From an uncultured delta proteobacterium (lineage in GTDB: Bacteria; Desulfobacterota; Desulfomonilia; UBA1062), in assembly GCA_963752595.1 (NCBI GenBank), contig CAVVYZ010000009.1, positions 96,001-160,000 on the forward strand: a stretch of DNA of 64,000 nucleotides, read 5' to 3'. Shown in pieces: positions 21,571 to 31,988 of this stretch. Under the pieces are notes generated by a model. It had not been told where the DNA came from, did not search any database, and saw only the letters and a list, made by a program, of their open reading frames with translations. Within the stretch, counting starts at the first letter, position 1; every line of letters begins with the position of its first letter. Made by a program: the position numbers and the translations under genes.

Positions 21571-22329
21571 TTGTTTGTGGAAGAGGATAAGCTCCCCATA
21601 ACCGATCATCTCGAAGAGCTCCGCTGGAGGATCTTCAAATGCCTCCTTGCCGTAAGCGTAGGCTTCGTTGCATCGTACGCCTTCTCGGAGGAGATCTTCA
21701 ATTTCCTGGCATCACCCCTGATAGAGGTAATGCCCAAGGGAAGCCACCTTATCTACACCTCCCTGCCCGAGGCTTTCTTCACCTACATGAAGGTCTCCTT
21801 TTTCGTCGGCCTCCTTATGGCCGCTCCGGTCATCTTCTACCAACTCTGGAAATTCATCATGCCGGGGCTGTATCAGAAGGAGAGGCGGTATGTCGTACCC
21901 TTCGTGATCGCGGCCACACTCTTCTTTGCCCTGGGCGTGTCTTTCGGCTTCTTTGTCGTTTTCCCGGTCGGGTTCAAGTTCTTCCTCGGGTATTCGAATG
22001 AGAACATCCTGGCCCTTCCTTCGATGAAGGAATACTTGGGCTTTGCCATGAAATTCCTTTTCGCCTTCGGCATCACCTTCGAACTGCCGGTGGTCATGTT
22101 CTTCCTTGCCAAGATGGGAATCGTGAATGCGAAGGGATTGAGAAAAAACCGGAAATATGCCGTGCTCATCGTGGCTATCGTAGCGGCGATACTGACGCCC
22201 GGGCCGGATGTCCTCAGCCAGATACTGCTGGGGCTGCCCCTTCTCGTGCTCTACGAGATCAGCATATGGGCAACGTATCTCGTCAGAAAGAAAAAAGATA
22301 TTACGGAAACTGAGCCGGCTGCCCAGTAA
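21571..22329 (+). CDS. tatC: Twin-arginine translocase subunit TatC
   Basis: HLEELRWR, YQLWKFIMPGLY, FELP, LTPGPD. Confidence 0.96.
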   Translation: MFVEEDKLPITDHLEELRWRIFKCLLAVSVGFVASYAFSEEIFNFLASPLIEVMPKGSHLIYTSLPEAFFTYMKVSFFVGLLMAAPVIFYQLWKFIMPGLYQKERRYVVPFVIAATLFFALGVSFGFFVVFPVGFKFFLGYSNENILALPSMKEYLGFAMKFLFAFGITFELPVVMFFLAKMGIVNAKGLRKNRKYAVLIVAIVAAILTPGPDVLSQILLGLPLLVLYEISIWATYLVRKKKDITETEPAAQ

Positions 22330-22460
22330 TTATTCACAAACCGGAAGCTACGTAAAAGGCATGGCAATTCATGGGTGCACCTTCGTAAACCGGGCAGTCC
22401 TGGATCACTTAAGGTGGGTTGCTGCAAGAATCGGATTTTCCAGTGAATCCGGATTATATG

Positions 22461-23168
22461 CTAAAGGTAGCCCTCTTCCTGGGCAGCGGCGTCGAGGGTC
22501 AGGCTGAGGATATCTTCGGTTTCGGCGTCGTGGGCGAGACGTGTCTTCGTCTCGACGACTTTGATATAGTGCTTGCACTCCGAGCAGAAATATATGCGAA
22601 TACCCTTGATGCCTTCAACTTCGAAATATCCCAGGGTGGTATGGTCGGAATTGCCGCAGAATGGACATTTGACCCGCTGAAACCTCCACTCCTGCCCGCA
22701 CATGAGACAGTGGAGATCCCTGGATGATTCAGAATCAAAACACATTCTCGGGTACATCCCGCAGAACGGACACTTCCCATTACCCTGGTGGGAGTTGATC
22801 AGGTCCTTATTCCTCTCACGCACACGCCTGAGGTATGTACTCACGACAGGCCGGAGGAACATGGGCAGGAGATCTTCGGCACCCTGCTCCGGCTCGGGGA
22901 TCGAGTCTCCGGAGACGAACGCTCTCAGTGCCTGCTCGATATCGACGTCTGGCTCCTTACCCAGCACATCCTTCCATACGCCTTTGCAGACGTCTGCCAG
23001 CTTTGCAGGGGCAACCAGGGTGGCTATGTTTTCCAGAGGCAGGGTACAGTCGAGGCTTGGAACATCGAGCTTTTCCACTGCCTCCACGACTGCGGAATAT
23101 ATCCGCCTCGCCTTTTCGATACCTGCTGCATCCTCAGGATACGCATTGATGATTACTTCCCAGTCCAT
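22461..23168 (-). CDS. fdhE: FdhE-like formate dehydrogenase accessory protein
   Basis: CPFCG...CLMCGQEWRFQRVKCPFCGN...CSECKHYIK...LDAAAQEEGY. Confidence 0.8.
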   Translation of the reverse strand: MDWEVIINAYPEDAAGIEKARRIYSAVVEAVEKLDVPSLDCTLPLENIATLVAPAKLADVCKGVWKDVLGKEPDVDIEQALRAFVSGDSIPEPEQGAEDLLPMFLRPVVSTYLRRVRERNKDLINSHQGNGKCPFCGMYPRMCFDSESSRDLHCLMCGQEWRFQRVKCPFCGNSDHTTLGYFEVEGIKGIRIYFCSECKHYIKVVETKTRLAHDAETEDILSLTLDAAAQEEGYL

Positions 23169-23174
23169 GGAGAA

Positions 23175-23203
23175 ACCTTAGGTAATAATCGAAGGGTTGT
23201 CAA
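23175..23203 (-). promoter_or_regulatory. sigma70-type promoter of the fdhE-like gene (leaderless geometry)
   Basis: TTGACA-N17-TAAGGT, then 6 nt (TTCTCC), then ATG; no SD. Confidence 0.65.
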
Positions 23204-23356
23204 GCTGCGTTCTGGATCCCGCAAGGGAGAATGAATCTCTGTGGAATAAATCCCTTTTATATGCAAGAATATGTCGGATTGCACGTAAGAGAGGAGAGGA
23301 CACAGACTGCCTGCAATCGGAAATGAAGACCTGTAGTGATGTGGAGGGGTGAGAGA

Positions 23357-25231
23357 ATGAACATAGCTTCGGTTATCATTCATAACGGATCCGATCCTCT
23401 GATCAGCGGCCGCTCGTTTATCAAATTCCGGGATGAGGATGAAGTACTCCATTCGGTCTCGTATGCCGAGTTCCTTCAAAAGTCTCTTGCCTACGGCAAT
23501 ATGCTCCAAAACCAAAAAAAACGGCTCGGCATAGGAAGCGGCCGGCGCTTCCATGTCGGGGTATTCATGCAGAATATCCCGGAATTCTTTTTCCTGCTGG
23601 GCGGCTGCGCCTTCACGAATGCCACGCTCGTGGGCGTGAACAATGCTCAGGTGGGCGAAAAGCTTGCCTTTGACATCAATAACATAGACATGCATGTACT
23701 TTTCGTGGATCTTGCCTCTCAGCCCGGAACCAAAGGCACCTTCCTCGATACGGTCATGAACGCCAAGGAGATGCACGGCTTCAGCTCATTGAACGAGGGG
23801 TCCGTTTTCTTGGCCGGTTCGACCGACGATTCGAGGCGGGGCCCGATCAAGACCATTCCTCACATATTGGAGGAATCCGAATCCACGCGCTCTTCGTTCA
23901 CCCCGGAGCCCCTGGACCCTACCCAGCCGGGAGTAATCATTTTCACCTCGGGTACGACCGGCGCGCCCAAAGGCATCGAAGTCACCTGGCAGAAGCTCTA
24001 TGATGTAGGCTTAAACGGCATAAGAATCCTGAACTACACCAAAGACGACGTGGGATATGTCTGCATGCCCATCAATCACTCCAATTCGCTGTACCTCAAT
24101 ATCATGCCTGCCATGCTGTGCGGTGCGAGCTTTCTTATCCGCCGCAGGTTCAGTGTCCGCAACTTCGTCCATGACATCGAAACCGTTCAGGCCACTATCT
24201 GGAATTGCGTGGGGGATCCCGTGCAGTATGTCATCAACCATATCAGCAGCGAAATCGGCCCTCATGCCGACTTCTCCTGCCTGCCGTTAAGGACCGTGAT
24301 CAGCACGGGCACGAATGCGCCGAACCGCGCTGTTTTCACCAGGATGTTCGGCCTGGACATTTTCACCGAGGTTTACGGTTCGACGGAAGCAGGCGCCATA
24401 ACTGCTGTTGATGCGGGCACTCCGGAATACAGTGTGGGCAGGCTGCTTAAGGATATCCGCATCATCAGCGAGGCATCCGGCCGGGAGTGTGCCCTTGCGC
24501 AGGCGGATGAGACGGGCAGGATCCTCAACCTCGATGAGGCCGCAGGCGAGATCGTAGTGAGCCAGCTGTCACTTGGCGCCTCGGCCTTTACCGGCTATTA
24601 CCGGCTGCCCGGAGAGAGCGCAAAGAAGATCGTTACTATAGGCGGCGAAGACTTCTACCGCATGGGCGACCTGGGAGCGATCGTGGAAAAGGACGGCGGC
24701 GGATATCTCGTGTTCCTGGGGCGTACCGGAGACTGGATCCGCTTCAAGGGGGAAAACTGGGCACCGGTGGACGCCGAGAAGATTATCGGCAAGTACGAAG
24801 GCATCACCAATGCAGGCGTCATCGGTGTGCCCCAGCCTGTGGGAAGGGAAGACGACCCTATGTACATCATCGAGACATCACGCCCGGACGCCTTCGATGC
24901 GGCAGCCTTTTATGCTTACTGCAGAGAAACCCTACCGCACTACATGCACCCACGGTTCATCCGGATCGTGAAGTCCGTGCCCATGACCGAGACCATGAAA
25001 CTCAAGAAATCGATCCTGAAACGGGAATTCTACTTTCGCAGTCCTGAGACGGATGGATCGACGGATGACATTGTCTATATACTCGAAAACGGCAGCCCGA
25101 GGAAGTTTTCCTCAGCCGATTACCGCGACTGGATGACGGGTTTTACGGAGGCAACCAACCGGGATACGCTTCATGCGTACACGAAGCGCAACGATCTCTT
25201 CTGTGATGAACAGGAGAGCCGCAATGGCTGA
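23357..25231 (+). CDS. AMP-forming acyl-CoA synthetase (ANL superfamily)
   Basis: IFTSGTTGAPKG, YGSTEAG, YRMGDLG, GRTGDWIRFKGEN, TETMKLKK. Confidence 0.9.
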   Translation: MNIASVIIHNGSDPLISGRSFIKFRDEDEVLHSVSYAEFLQKSLAYGNMLQNQKKRLGIGSGRRFHVGVFMQNIPEFFFLLGGCAFTNATLVGVNNAQVGEKLAFDINNIDMHVLFVDLASQPGTKGTFLDTVMNAKEMHGFSSLNEGSVFLAGSTDDSRRGPIKTIPHILEESESTRSSFTPEPLDPTQPGVIIFTSGTTGAPKGIEVTWQKLYDVGLNGIRILNYTKDDVGYVCMPINHSNSLYLNIMPAMLCGASFLIRRRFSVRNFVHDIETVQATIWNCVGDPVQYVINHISSEIGPHADFSCLPLRTVISTGTNAPNRAVFTRMFGLDIFTEVYGSTEAGAITAVDAGTPEYSVGRLLKDIRIISEASGRECALAQADETGRILNLDEAAGEIVVSQLSLGASAFTGYYRLPGESAKKIVTIGGEDFYRMGDLGAIVEKDGGGYLVFLGRTGDWIRFKGENWAPVDAEKIIGKYEGITNAGVIGVPQPVGREDDPMYIIETSRPDAFDAAAFYAYCRETLPHYMHPRFIRIVKSVPMTETMKLKKSILKREFYFRSPETDGSTDDIVYILENGSPRKFSSADYRDWMTGFTEATNRDTLHAYTKRNDLFCDEQESRNG

Positions 25232-26462
25232 CGCCAGATCGGTGAGCTCCCTCCAGAAACTTTACATGGCCGAACATTACCGGAAGGCCTCCCTTGCCAA
25301 GAAGGAAGGCCGGCCGGTTGTGTACGTGACCGCCATGTTCCCGGTGGAAATCGCCAAGGCCTTCGAGCCCGATGTAGCGGTGGTGTATCCTGAAAACCAC
25401 GCGGTGAACATCATTGTGAGCGGCCTCGCCGAGCAGTTCTCCGAAATTGCCGTGAGCAGGGCTTCGCTTGATCCCATGGGATGCTCCTACGAGCTTGCCA
25501 ATACAGGCTACCTTCTGGAGATGAAGAATCCCGGGCAATCGGCATTGCAGGAATCGCTGAAGTCCCTGCCGGTATTGCCTGCGCCGGATATCCTGCTTGC
25601 CTGCAACAATCAATGCGATATCGTTGCCGAGTGGTTCCAGCACTTAAGCTCCTTATGCGGCAATAACCCTTTTCGCGTGATCAATGTGGGTAACCGCTAC
25701 GACGGCACGATAGACTTAGTCAGGATCGAATACGTGAGGCGTCAACTCATTGATGTTATCGGCCTGCTCGAGGAACAGACAGCAAAGAGGCTCGATCGCG
25801 ACAAGCTCATGGAAACTGCCAAGAGATCCAATCAGGCTGTGAGGCTGTGGAAGAGGTACCTTGATCTGGGCAGGCTCAAGCCCTCCCCTATGACCGTTTT
25901 CGACGGGTTCTTCCACATGGCGCTCATCGTATCCGAGCGAGGCACGGAGCAGGCAATAGACTACTATGATAAGCTGGTAAAGGAAACGTCCACCCTTGTC
26001 GATGCCGTCGCGCACGCAGGCCGGGAGCAGCACCGTGTGCTCTGGGACAACCTGGCCACATGGTTCAACTTCGGCAAGCTCAAGCGTGCCTTATACGAAC
26101 GGGGTGTGGCGGTGGTGGGCTCCACATATCTCGATGTGTGGAAAAAAGAGCTCGATACCTCGAGTTTCGAGAATCTGCTTACCAGCATGGCCGAGGCTTA
26201 CTGCACCATGTATACGAACCTGACCATCCCCGAGCGCATCGAGGTATGGAAGCAGATGGTGCGCGATTACCAGGCCGAAGGAGTCCTCTTCCACAACAAC
26301 AAGAGCTGCCATACATTTTCACGGCTCCAGGGCCAAGTTGCGAAGGCATTGAGGGAAGAGTTCGGCGAAAAATTCAAGGCCATCGTATTCGACGGCGACA
26401 TGGGCCTTGCCGAGCGATTCCAGACACACCGGTTCATGACTGCTATAGAGACCTTCTTCTGA
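25224..26462 (+). CDS. 2-hydroxyacyl-CoA dehydratase family subunit (HgdA/HadB/BcrB-like, Fe-S)
   Basis: PVEIAKAF, YPENH, CSY, PDILLACNNQC, RVLWDN, HNNKSC, DGDM; start overlaps the ligase stop. Confidence 0.85.
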   Translation: MADARSVSSLQKLYMAEHYRKASLAKKEGRPVVYVTAMFPVEIAKAFEPDVAVVYPENHAVNIIVSGLAEQFSEIAVSRASLDPMGCSYELANTGYLLEMKNPGQSALQESLKSLPVLPAPDILLACNNQCDIVAEWFQHLSSLCGNNPFRVINVGNRYDGTIDLVRIEYVRRQLIDVIGLLEEQTAKRLDRDKLMETAKRSNQAVRLWKRYLDLGRLKPSPMTVFDGFFHMALIVSERGTEQAIDYYDKLVKETSTLVDAVAHAGREQHRVLWDNLATWFNFGKLKRALYERGVAVVGSTYLDVWKKELDTSSFENLLTSMAEAYCTMYTNLTIPERIEVWKQMVRDYQAEGVLFHNNKSCHTFSRLQGQVAKALREEFGEKFKAIVFDGDMGLAERFQTHRFMTAIETFF

Positions 26463-26688
26463 TCCTTTTGTACGTATCCTATCTCCCCCGGTTTCACTGC
26501 CAAGCATCGAGATAGACGTACTTACTCATCCGGCTAGACATTGTCTCCTATTATCACTTGTTACTATAACCATTCATCATCACCGGCCGCAAGACCGATA
26601 AAATACACAATTACTCAATGAGACACCCTACATGATAGGGGGTTTCCCTTCTTGTACGGGTAAAAAGACTATAAGGGGGGAGTGATTC

Positions 26689-27714
26689 ATGAAAAAGGTT
26701 CCGGCATCAATGATTGTCCTGATTGCATTGTTTGTCTTTGCCATACCATGCTCAGCCGAGGAAAAAGTCTTTAGAATCGAGGTCCTCCAGGTGGCAAAGA
26801 TCGACGCATTTCAGCGTACGTACGATTCACTCATCAGCGAACTGGCAAAGAACGGACTTGTGACGGGAAAGAACCTCAAGGTCAACCGGGTGATCCTGGA
26901 TTACAACCTCGAAAAGGCAGGATTCTTCGATAAGGTAGGCCTCCTCTTCAAGATAAAGAGCGAGGGCTCCCGCATTGCCCAAGCAAAACCCGACCTCGCC
27001 GTGACCATCGGGACACCGGCCACCAAGTATACCCGTGACAAGATCACGGCCGCAGGCATCCCGCTCGTCTTTACCGCGGTCGCCATCCCGCAGGCAGCCG
27101 GCTGCAAGTCGCTCACGCAAGCGGGCCCCGGGGTTACCGGCGCCACGCTCTATATGGACATGAAGAATGCCATGAAGATTCTGCGGGCTGCATTCCCCAA
27201 CATCAAGACCATCGGCATGATTCACAGCGATGACGAAAACGGCATTGCCCACGTCCAGGAAGCTACCAAGAGTGCACCGGCCTTCGGGTTTACCATCATC
27301 TCAAAGCAGGTGAACAAAAAGGACAAGATTACCCCTTCCCTCAAAGAGCTGAGAGCCCAGAGCGCTGAGGCATTCGCGGTTCCGCTCGACACCTACTTCG
27401 GTATCCGTGACTTCGAGACCGTCAATGATATGGATGCCTACTGCCGGGAGAATAAGATCCCCATTGTCAGCTTTGCCGTCATGAGCACAAAAGGCGCGGT
27501 CCTTGCCGTCGGCACGGAATTCGATACCGTAGGAATCTTCGCTGCACAGAATGCGGTAAAGATCCTCAAGGACGGAAAGAGACCCGAATCCATGCCCATA
27601 CGCCAGCAGGAAGACCTCAAGATCATCGTGGACATCGAAAGGATGCAGGCCATGGGTATCCAGATACCCATGGGGATCCTCCAGATAGCGAAACCCGTAA
27701 AAGACAGCCGCTAA
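26689..27714 (+). CDS. ABC transporter substrate-binding protein (ABC_sub_bind type), no permease nearby
   Basis: Signal peptide; PDLAVTIGTPA, IPLVFTAV, GVTG, IKTIGMI, PESMPI. Confidence 0.8.
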   Translation: MKKVPASMIVLIALFVFAIPCSAEEKVFRIEVLQVAKIDAFQRTYDSLISELAKNGLVTGKNLKVNRVILDYNLEKAGFFDKVGLLFKIKSEGSRIAQAKPDLAVTIGTPATKYTRDKITAAGIPLVFTAVAIPQAAGCKSLTQAGPGVTGATLYMDMKNAMKILRAAFPNIKTIGMIHSDDENGIAHVQEATKSAPAFGFTIISKQVNKKDKITPSLKELRAQSAEAFAVPLDTYFGIRDFETVNDMDAYCRENKIPIVSFAVMSTKGAVLAVGTEFDTVGIFAAQNAVKILKDGKRPESMPIRQQEDLKIIVDIERMQAMGIQIPMGILQIAKPVKDSR

Positions 27715-27743
27715 ACCAAAAGCCTTAAGCAGACGGCACAGGG

Positions 27744-27777
27744 AAGCAGGGGCAAGAACCGTTGCTCCTGCTTTTTT
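27744..27777 (+). terminator. Rho-independent terminator
   Basis: AAGCAGGGGCAA-gaaccg-TTGCTCCTGCTT followed by a T-run, between convergent genes. Confidence 0.8.
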
Positions 27778-27795
27778 ATCCAAAGAAAAGGCCGG

Positions 27796-29553
27796 CTACC
27801 AAATAACGATCTTCAGTTGCGATGCATGGAGATAGCTCGTAATATCCTTATCCAGGGGATGCTCAAGGATGATTGTACCATTCACCTCAATCGCAGGCAG
27901 GTCTATCTCCGTGCGATTCTTCGCTACGATTACCCTGATCGGCGGTCCCTGCTTCTTTTTTCCCAGGGCGTCGAGGATTTTCCCCAGAGATTCGTTCTTC
28001 AGATTGATCACCTTGTAGCCCCTCTTCTGCAGGAGATCGAGCATGGTTTTATCCGGCTGCTCCGAAGTCAGAATAGCCCTGTCTATCAAAAGCGGGGCCA
28101 TGAAGGAAATGCTCAGCGCATCGACGGAAACAATGTCCAGTACCTTTTGCTTTTCATATGCCACGCCCAGCTCCGATAGGAGCTTCTCATACGAATGGTC
28201 GAGCGCCGGCAGGATGCCTTCTTTGCGGGGCAAACCCTGCTTCCCGCCCATTTCGATGAGATTGATGCCGAAACGCGCCGCGTATCGTCGGATCGATTCG
28301 GGAGTCTTATACTCCCCATCCGACAGAAGGTTGACCACAATGATATTGCGGCGGGAAGAATCCTTGTAGACCACCCACTTCCCGGAAAACCGGACCTTCT
28401 CATCCTCTCCCACAAGGATCGGGCCTGCATCCTTATTGACGGAGAAGTACCCGCATGCATCCAATATGCGCTCCATGAGGGGCTCCAGTCCTTCGGAAGG
28501 ACCGGATATGACCTTGGTGGAAGGATATGTCTCTTCAATGAGGCGCTTCGTTTCCTTAAGAATCTTACCGTTTACGTCGAGAATGATGCGCGATCCGTTA
28601 TCGAGATCGATAACCGGAATTACGCTTGTATCGAGGGATAAGCTCTTATCGCCTGTCAGGGGTAAAAAATAGGTGCCGTGGTCCCTCTGCCTGACCCCCA
28701 TTTCCTTCAGGCTCGGAAGTATGGAATTCCTCACAAGCTGCGTGGCTGCTCTTTCTTCATCATTTTCGGGTTCTAGCCCACCCCCGATAATCGTCGTGAC
28801 AATCTCACCCTGCCCTTTCCCATTTCCATCAGGCATCTCTTGTTGTCCCTGCAGCGCTTGAGGTGAGGGCTCCCCTTGTCCCTTCCTGCCCGGAGAATCC
28901 TCTGCTGACCGGTTTTGCGCGGTCTCCTGTTCGCCATTCGCATCGTCTATTTCCTGCACTATAAATTTTCTCACTTTTTTCAGCCCCGGCCCTTTCCCCA
29001 GAGCTTGAATAGCGGGAGTCTTGGCAGGTATTTTTCTGTTTTCCTGCTTGATTTCCGGCAAGCGGATTTTCTGGCCTGCCACTACAAGATCGAGGTTTTG
29101 GATCTCGGGGTTCAGCTGTCTGATCTCGTCCAGATACTTATGGAATATGAGATCGTCAGGCAGGCCGTACATCTCCCTGAGAATCATTGCGAGGTGCTGT
29201 CCCTTTTTCATTACATAGACGTTCGCTTTATCGGCACTTGCTGGAGCCGGTTTCTTTCGACTGGGGATCCCAGGAATCGTGACCTTCTTACCGGGAAGGA
29301 TTCGATCGAGATTTCTCACCCCAGGATTGTATTGCCTGAATTCCCTGTAGAGTCCCGGCAGGTCTTGAGGTCTTGCCTGAAAATCCTTCAGAAAGATCTT
29401 CTTGAGGGTGTCACCCTGCTTAATCTTATATTGGGTAATTTCTCGAACAGGGTCAGGCTTTCGGGCATGCTTAACCAGGATTATATCTTCCGAATACAGC
29501 AGGGAAGAAATGAGCATGATGAGCAGTGCTGCGGTGATGCCCGCTTTTTTCAT
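27796..29553 (-). CDS. Exported protein with two LysM-like domains and an uncharacterised C-terminal region
   Basis: Signal peptide MKKAGITAALL; YKIKQGDTL...NPGVRNLDRILPGKKVTIP and YVMKKGQHL...NPEIQNLDLVVAGQKIRLP. Confidence 0.8.
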   Translation of the reverse strand: MKKAGITAALLIMLISSLLYSEDIILVKHARKPDPVREITQYKIKQGDTLKKIFLKDFQARPQDLPGLYREFRQYNPGVRNLDRILPGKKVTIPGIPSRKKPAPASADKANVYVMKKGQHLAMILREMYGLPDDLIFHKYLDEIRQLNPEIQNLDLVVAGQKIRLPEIKQENRKIPAKTPAIQALGKGPGLKKVRKFIVQEIDDANGEQETAQNRSAEDSPGRKGQGEPSPQALQGQQEMPDGNGKGQGEIVTTIIGGGLEPENDEERAATQLVRNSILPSLKEMGVRQRDHGTYFLPLTGDKSLSLDTSVIPVIDLDNGSRIILDVNGKILKETKRLIEETYPSTKVISGPSEGLEPLMERILDACGYFSVNKDAGPILVGEDEKVRFSGKWVVYKDSSRRNIIVVNLLSDGEYKTPESIRRYAARFGINLIEMGGKQGLPRKEGILPALDHSYEKLLSELGVAYEKQKVLDIVSVDALSISFMAPLLIDRAILTSEQPDKTMLDLLQKRGYKVINLKNESLGKILDALGKKKQGPPIRVIVAKNRTEIDLPAIEVNGTIILEHPLDKDITSYLHASQLKIVIW

Positions 29554-31988
29554 CAATAGATCTCCTTGAGAAGGAGCTGATCCTTGGCGGATTGCTCCTC
29601 CTGCTGAGTAGGCACTGCACCGGCCTTGTAGCACTCGAACCGGACATCGGTGGCGGCCTCTGAAGCAAGCTTCCCTGTCTTTGCATCGATCTTGACGAAC
29701 ACGATTCCATCGGGAACCCGGAAATCCTTGACTGGTCTGTTGCTGAGTGCGGACCGCATGAAGTCCGTAAAGATGGGGCAGGCAGATGAACCGCCGGTAT
29801 CTGTCTTCCCGAGGGATATCATATTGTCATCATATCCCAGCCATACCCCGCAGAGGACGTCCGGGGTATAGCCTACAAACCATGCATCCCGGTTCTCATC
29901 GCTCGTACCGGTTTTGCCTGCAACAGGACGGCCGAGTTCCTTGGCCCGCCACCCGGTCCCATGCTGCACTGCATCGCTGAGTATATTGGTAACGAGATAC
30001 GCTGTCTGCTCTGAAATGACACGCTTTTCTGTGCCCAAGGTTTCCTCGGGTGCGATCTCACCAGTAGTATCCTGAACAGCCGGGGCCGTAAGGGCATCCG
30101 GTATCGCCGGAATATCCTGGTCAACCGCAGGATCCAGGGTAGCCGCTGCATCCGGATCAGGTTCGTCCGGGGGTTTGCTCACAATACGTACAGGAGGGCT
30201 TGCCGTGAAGATGGCTCCTTCTCCTGCCTGTGAGATGCTCTGGATTATATAAGGCTCGAATATCAGACCGTATGTTGCAAATGTCGCATATCCCTTGAAA
30301 AGATTGTACGGGACAACTACGCCGGAGCCCAGGGCAAGCGAGAGGTTCCTCGGGAATGCCGTTCCCATGTCGAACTGCTTGAGGTACGAGAGGGCATAGC
30401 CGATGCCGATATCCTTGAGGATCTTGACGGTAACGACGTTCCTCGATTGGACAAGGCCGGTGCGGAGCGTCGTGGCCCCGTAAAAATCGCCCTCATAGTT
30501 CTTCGGCTTCCACGCTTCCTCATCATCCTGCGTCTGGAAGCTGATGGGGGTATCGAAGATGATGCTCGAAGGGGTAAACCCCTTGTCCATAGCTGCTGCG
30601 TAAATAAAAGGCTTTATCGCCGATCCGCTCTGCCTCCTTGCGTAAACAGCCCGGTTGAACTGGCTCAGGGAATAATCGGTTCCTCCCACAAGGGCTGTTA
30701 CGCCTCCTGTCTCGAGGTCAAAGGCCACAAGAGCTCCCTGGACTTTGGTCTGATGGAAGAGCACGAACCCGTCGGTAGTGGAACACAGACGGACCATATC
30801 ACCTTGCTTGAGCGCACCTCTCGGTTTCCAGCTCCCCTTTGGATTGATCCACGCATAACTCTCCGGACCGAGCTCCACATTCCTTCCGCCGATGTCCACG
30901 ACAAGGGGGGAAACAGCCTGGACCACCGCCCAGTAAAGCTGGTAGAGCTTGGGTCCCTGCCAGGCCAGCTGATTCGCCTGGAAAGCCAGCAGCTTCGCCT
31001 TCTCCGCATCGCTGATCCCTTCTTCAGGCCCCTGGTATTTCCCAATCCGCATTTCAAGCTCGATGACGCCTTTGTGCATGGATTGTTCCGCCGCATCCTG
31101 AAGGTGGGGTGAAATGGTTGTCTGGATCGTGATGCCTTTTGAAAAGATTTCTTCTCCGAATCTCTGGGTGACCAGTGCCTTTACATAGTCGGTCACATAA
31201 GGATAGTCGGAAAAAAGCGCTACAGCCTCCCCTTTGATCATAAGGGGCTCCCTATAGGATTCTGCAGCTTCTGCCTCGCTGATATACCCTTCCTCGATCA
31301 TGCGGGTAAGCACATAGTTCTGCCGTCTCTTGGCAGCGGGGAAATCGTTCAAAGGAGAGTACCGCGCCGGGGCGGGGGCGAGGCCTGCGATCATGGCCAT
31401 CTCGGCCAATGAGAGTGATTTGCAGTCCTTGTCGAAATATCTTAAGGATGCAGCCCCTACCCCGTACGCACCGCTTCCCAGATACAGACGGTTGAGGTAG
31501 AGGTCGAGAATCTGTTCCTTGGAAAGGGCACGTTCTATGCGAAATGCCAGGACTATCTCCTTGAGTTTTCTCGTGATGGTCTTTTCCCGACTGAGGAGGT
31601 ACGAGCGGACTACCTGCTGGGTGATAGTGGATGCACCCTGGACATATGAATTGGCCCGGATGTCGGCAATCAGCGCACTGATGATCCTTTTGAGATCGAG
31701 CCCCGCGTGCTTGTAGAACGCCGAATCTTCAGCAGAGATAAAGGCCTGTTTGAGACGTTCGGGGATCTCTTTGCCTTTCAGGACGACCATGCCCTCCTCT
31801 GGGAAATAGCCTATGGGCTTGCCGTCCGAAGCGAGAACAATGCTTAAGCGTGTAGGCTCGAGGTTTTTCAACTCTCGGATCGAGGGGAGGTCCCTATAGA
31901 TAAACCAGTACATCCATGCCCCGATCAAGAGGGAGATACAAACCATTAGCCCGACACAAAACCCGATGAAGATCTTAAGCCATCTCAT
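29553..31988 (-). CDS. mrcA: Penicillin-binding protein 1A
   Basis: Glycosyltransferase motifs EDSAFYKHAG, GASTITQQ, RKLKE; transpeptidase motifs SAIK, SRN, KTGT. Confidence 0.93.
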   Translation of the reverse strand: MRWLKIFIGFCVGLMVCISLLIGAWMYWFIYRDLPSIRELKNLEPTRLSIVLASDGKPIGYFPEEGMVVLKGKEIPERLKQAFISAEDSAFYKHAGLDLKRIISALIADIRANSYVQGASTITQQVVRSYLLSREKTITRKLKEIVLAFRIERALSKEQILDLYLNRLYLGSGAYGVGAASLRYFDKDCKSLSLAEMAMIAGLAPAPARYSPLNDFPAAKRRQNYVLTRMIEEGYISEAEAAESYREPLMIKGEAVALFSDYPYVTDYVKALVTQRFGEEIFSKGITIQTTISPHLQDAAEQSMHKGVIELEMRIGKYQGPEEGISDAEKAKLLAFQANQLAWQGPKLYQLYWAVVQAVSPLVVDIGGRNVELGPESYAWINPKGSWKPRGALKQGDMVRLCSTTDGFVLFHQTKVQGALVAFDLETGGVTALVGGTDYSLSQFNRAVYARRQSGSAIKPFIYAAAMDKGFTPSSIIFDTPISFQTQDDEEAWKPKNYEGDFYGATTLRTGLVQSRNVVTVKILKDIGIGYALSYLKQFDMGTAFPRNLSLALGSGVVVPYNLFKGYATFATYGLIFEPYIIQSISQAGEGAIFTASPPVRIVSKPPDEPDPDAAATLDPAVDQDIPAIPDALTAPAVQDTTGEIAPEETLGTEKRVISEQTAYLVTNILSDAVQHGTGWRAKELGRPVAGKTGTSDENRDAWFVGYTPDVLCGVWLGYDDNMISLGKTDTGGSSACPIFTDFMRSALSNRPVKDFRVPDGIVFVKIDAKTGKLASEAATDVRFECYKAGAVPTQQEEQSAKDQLLLKEIY

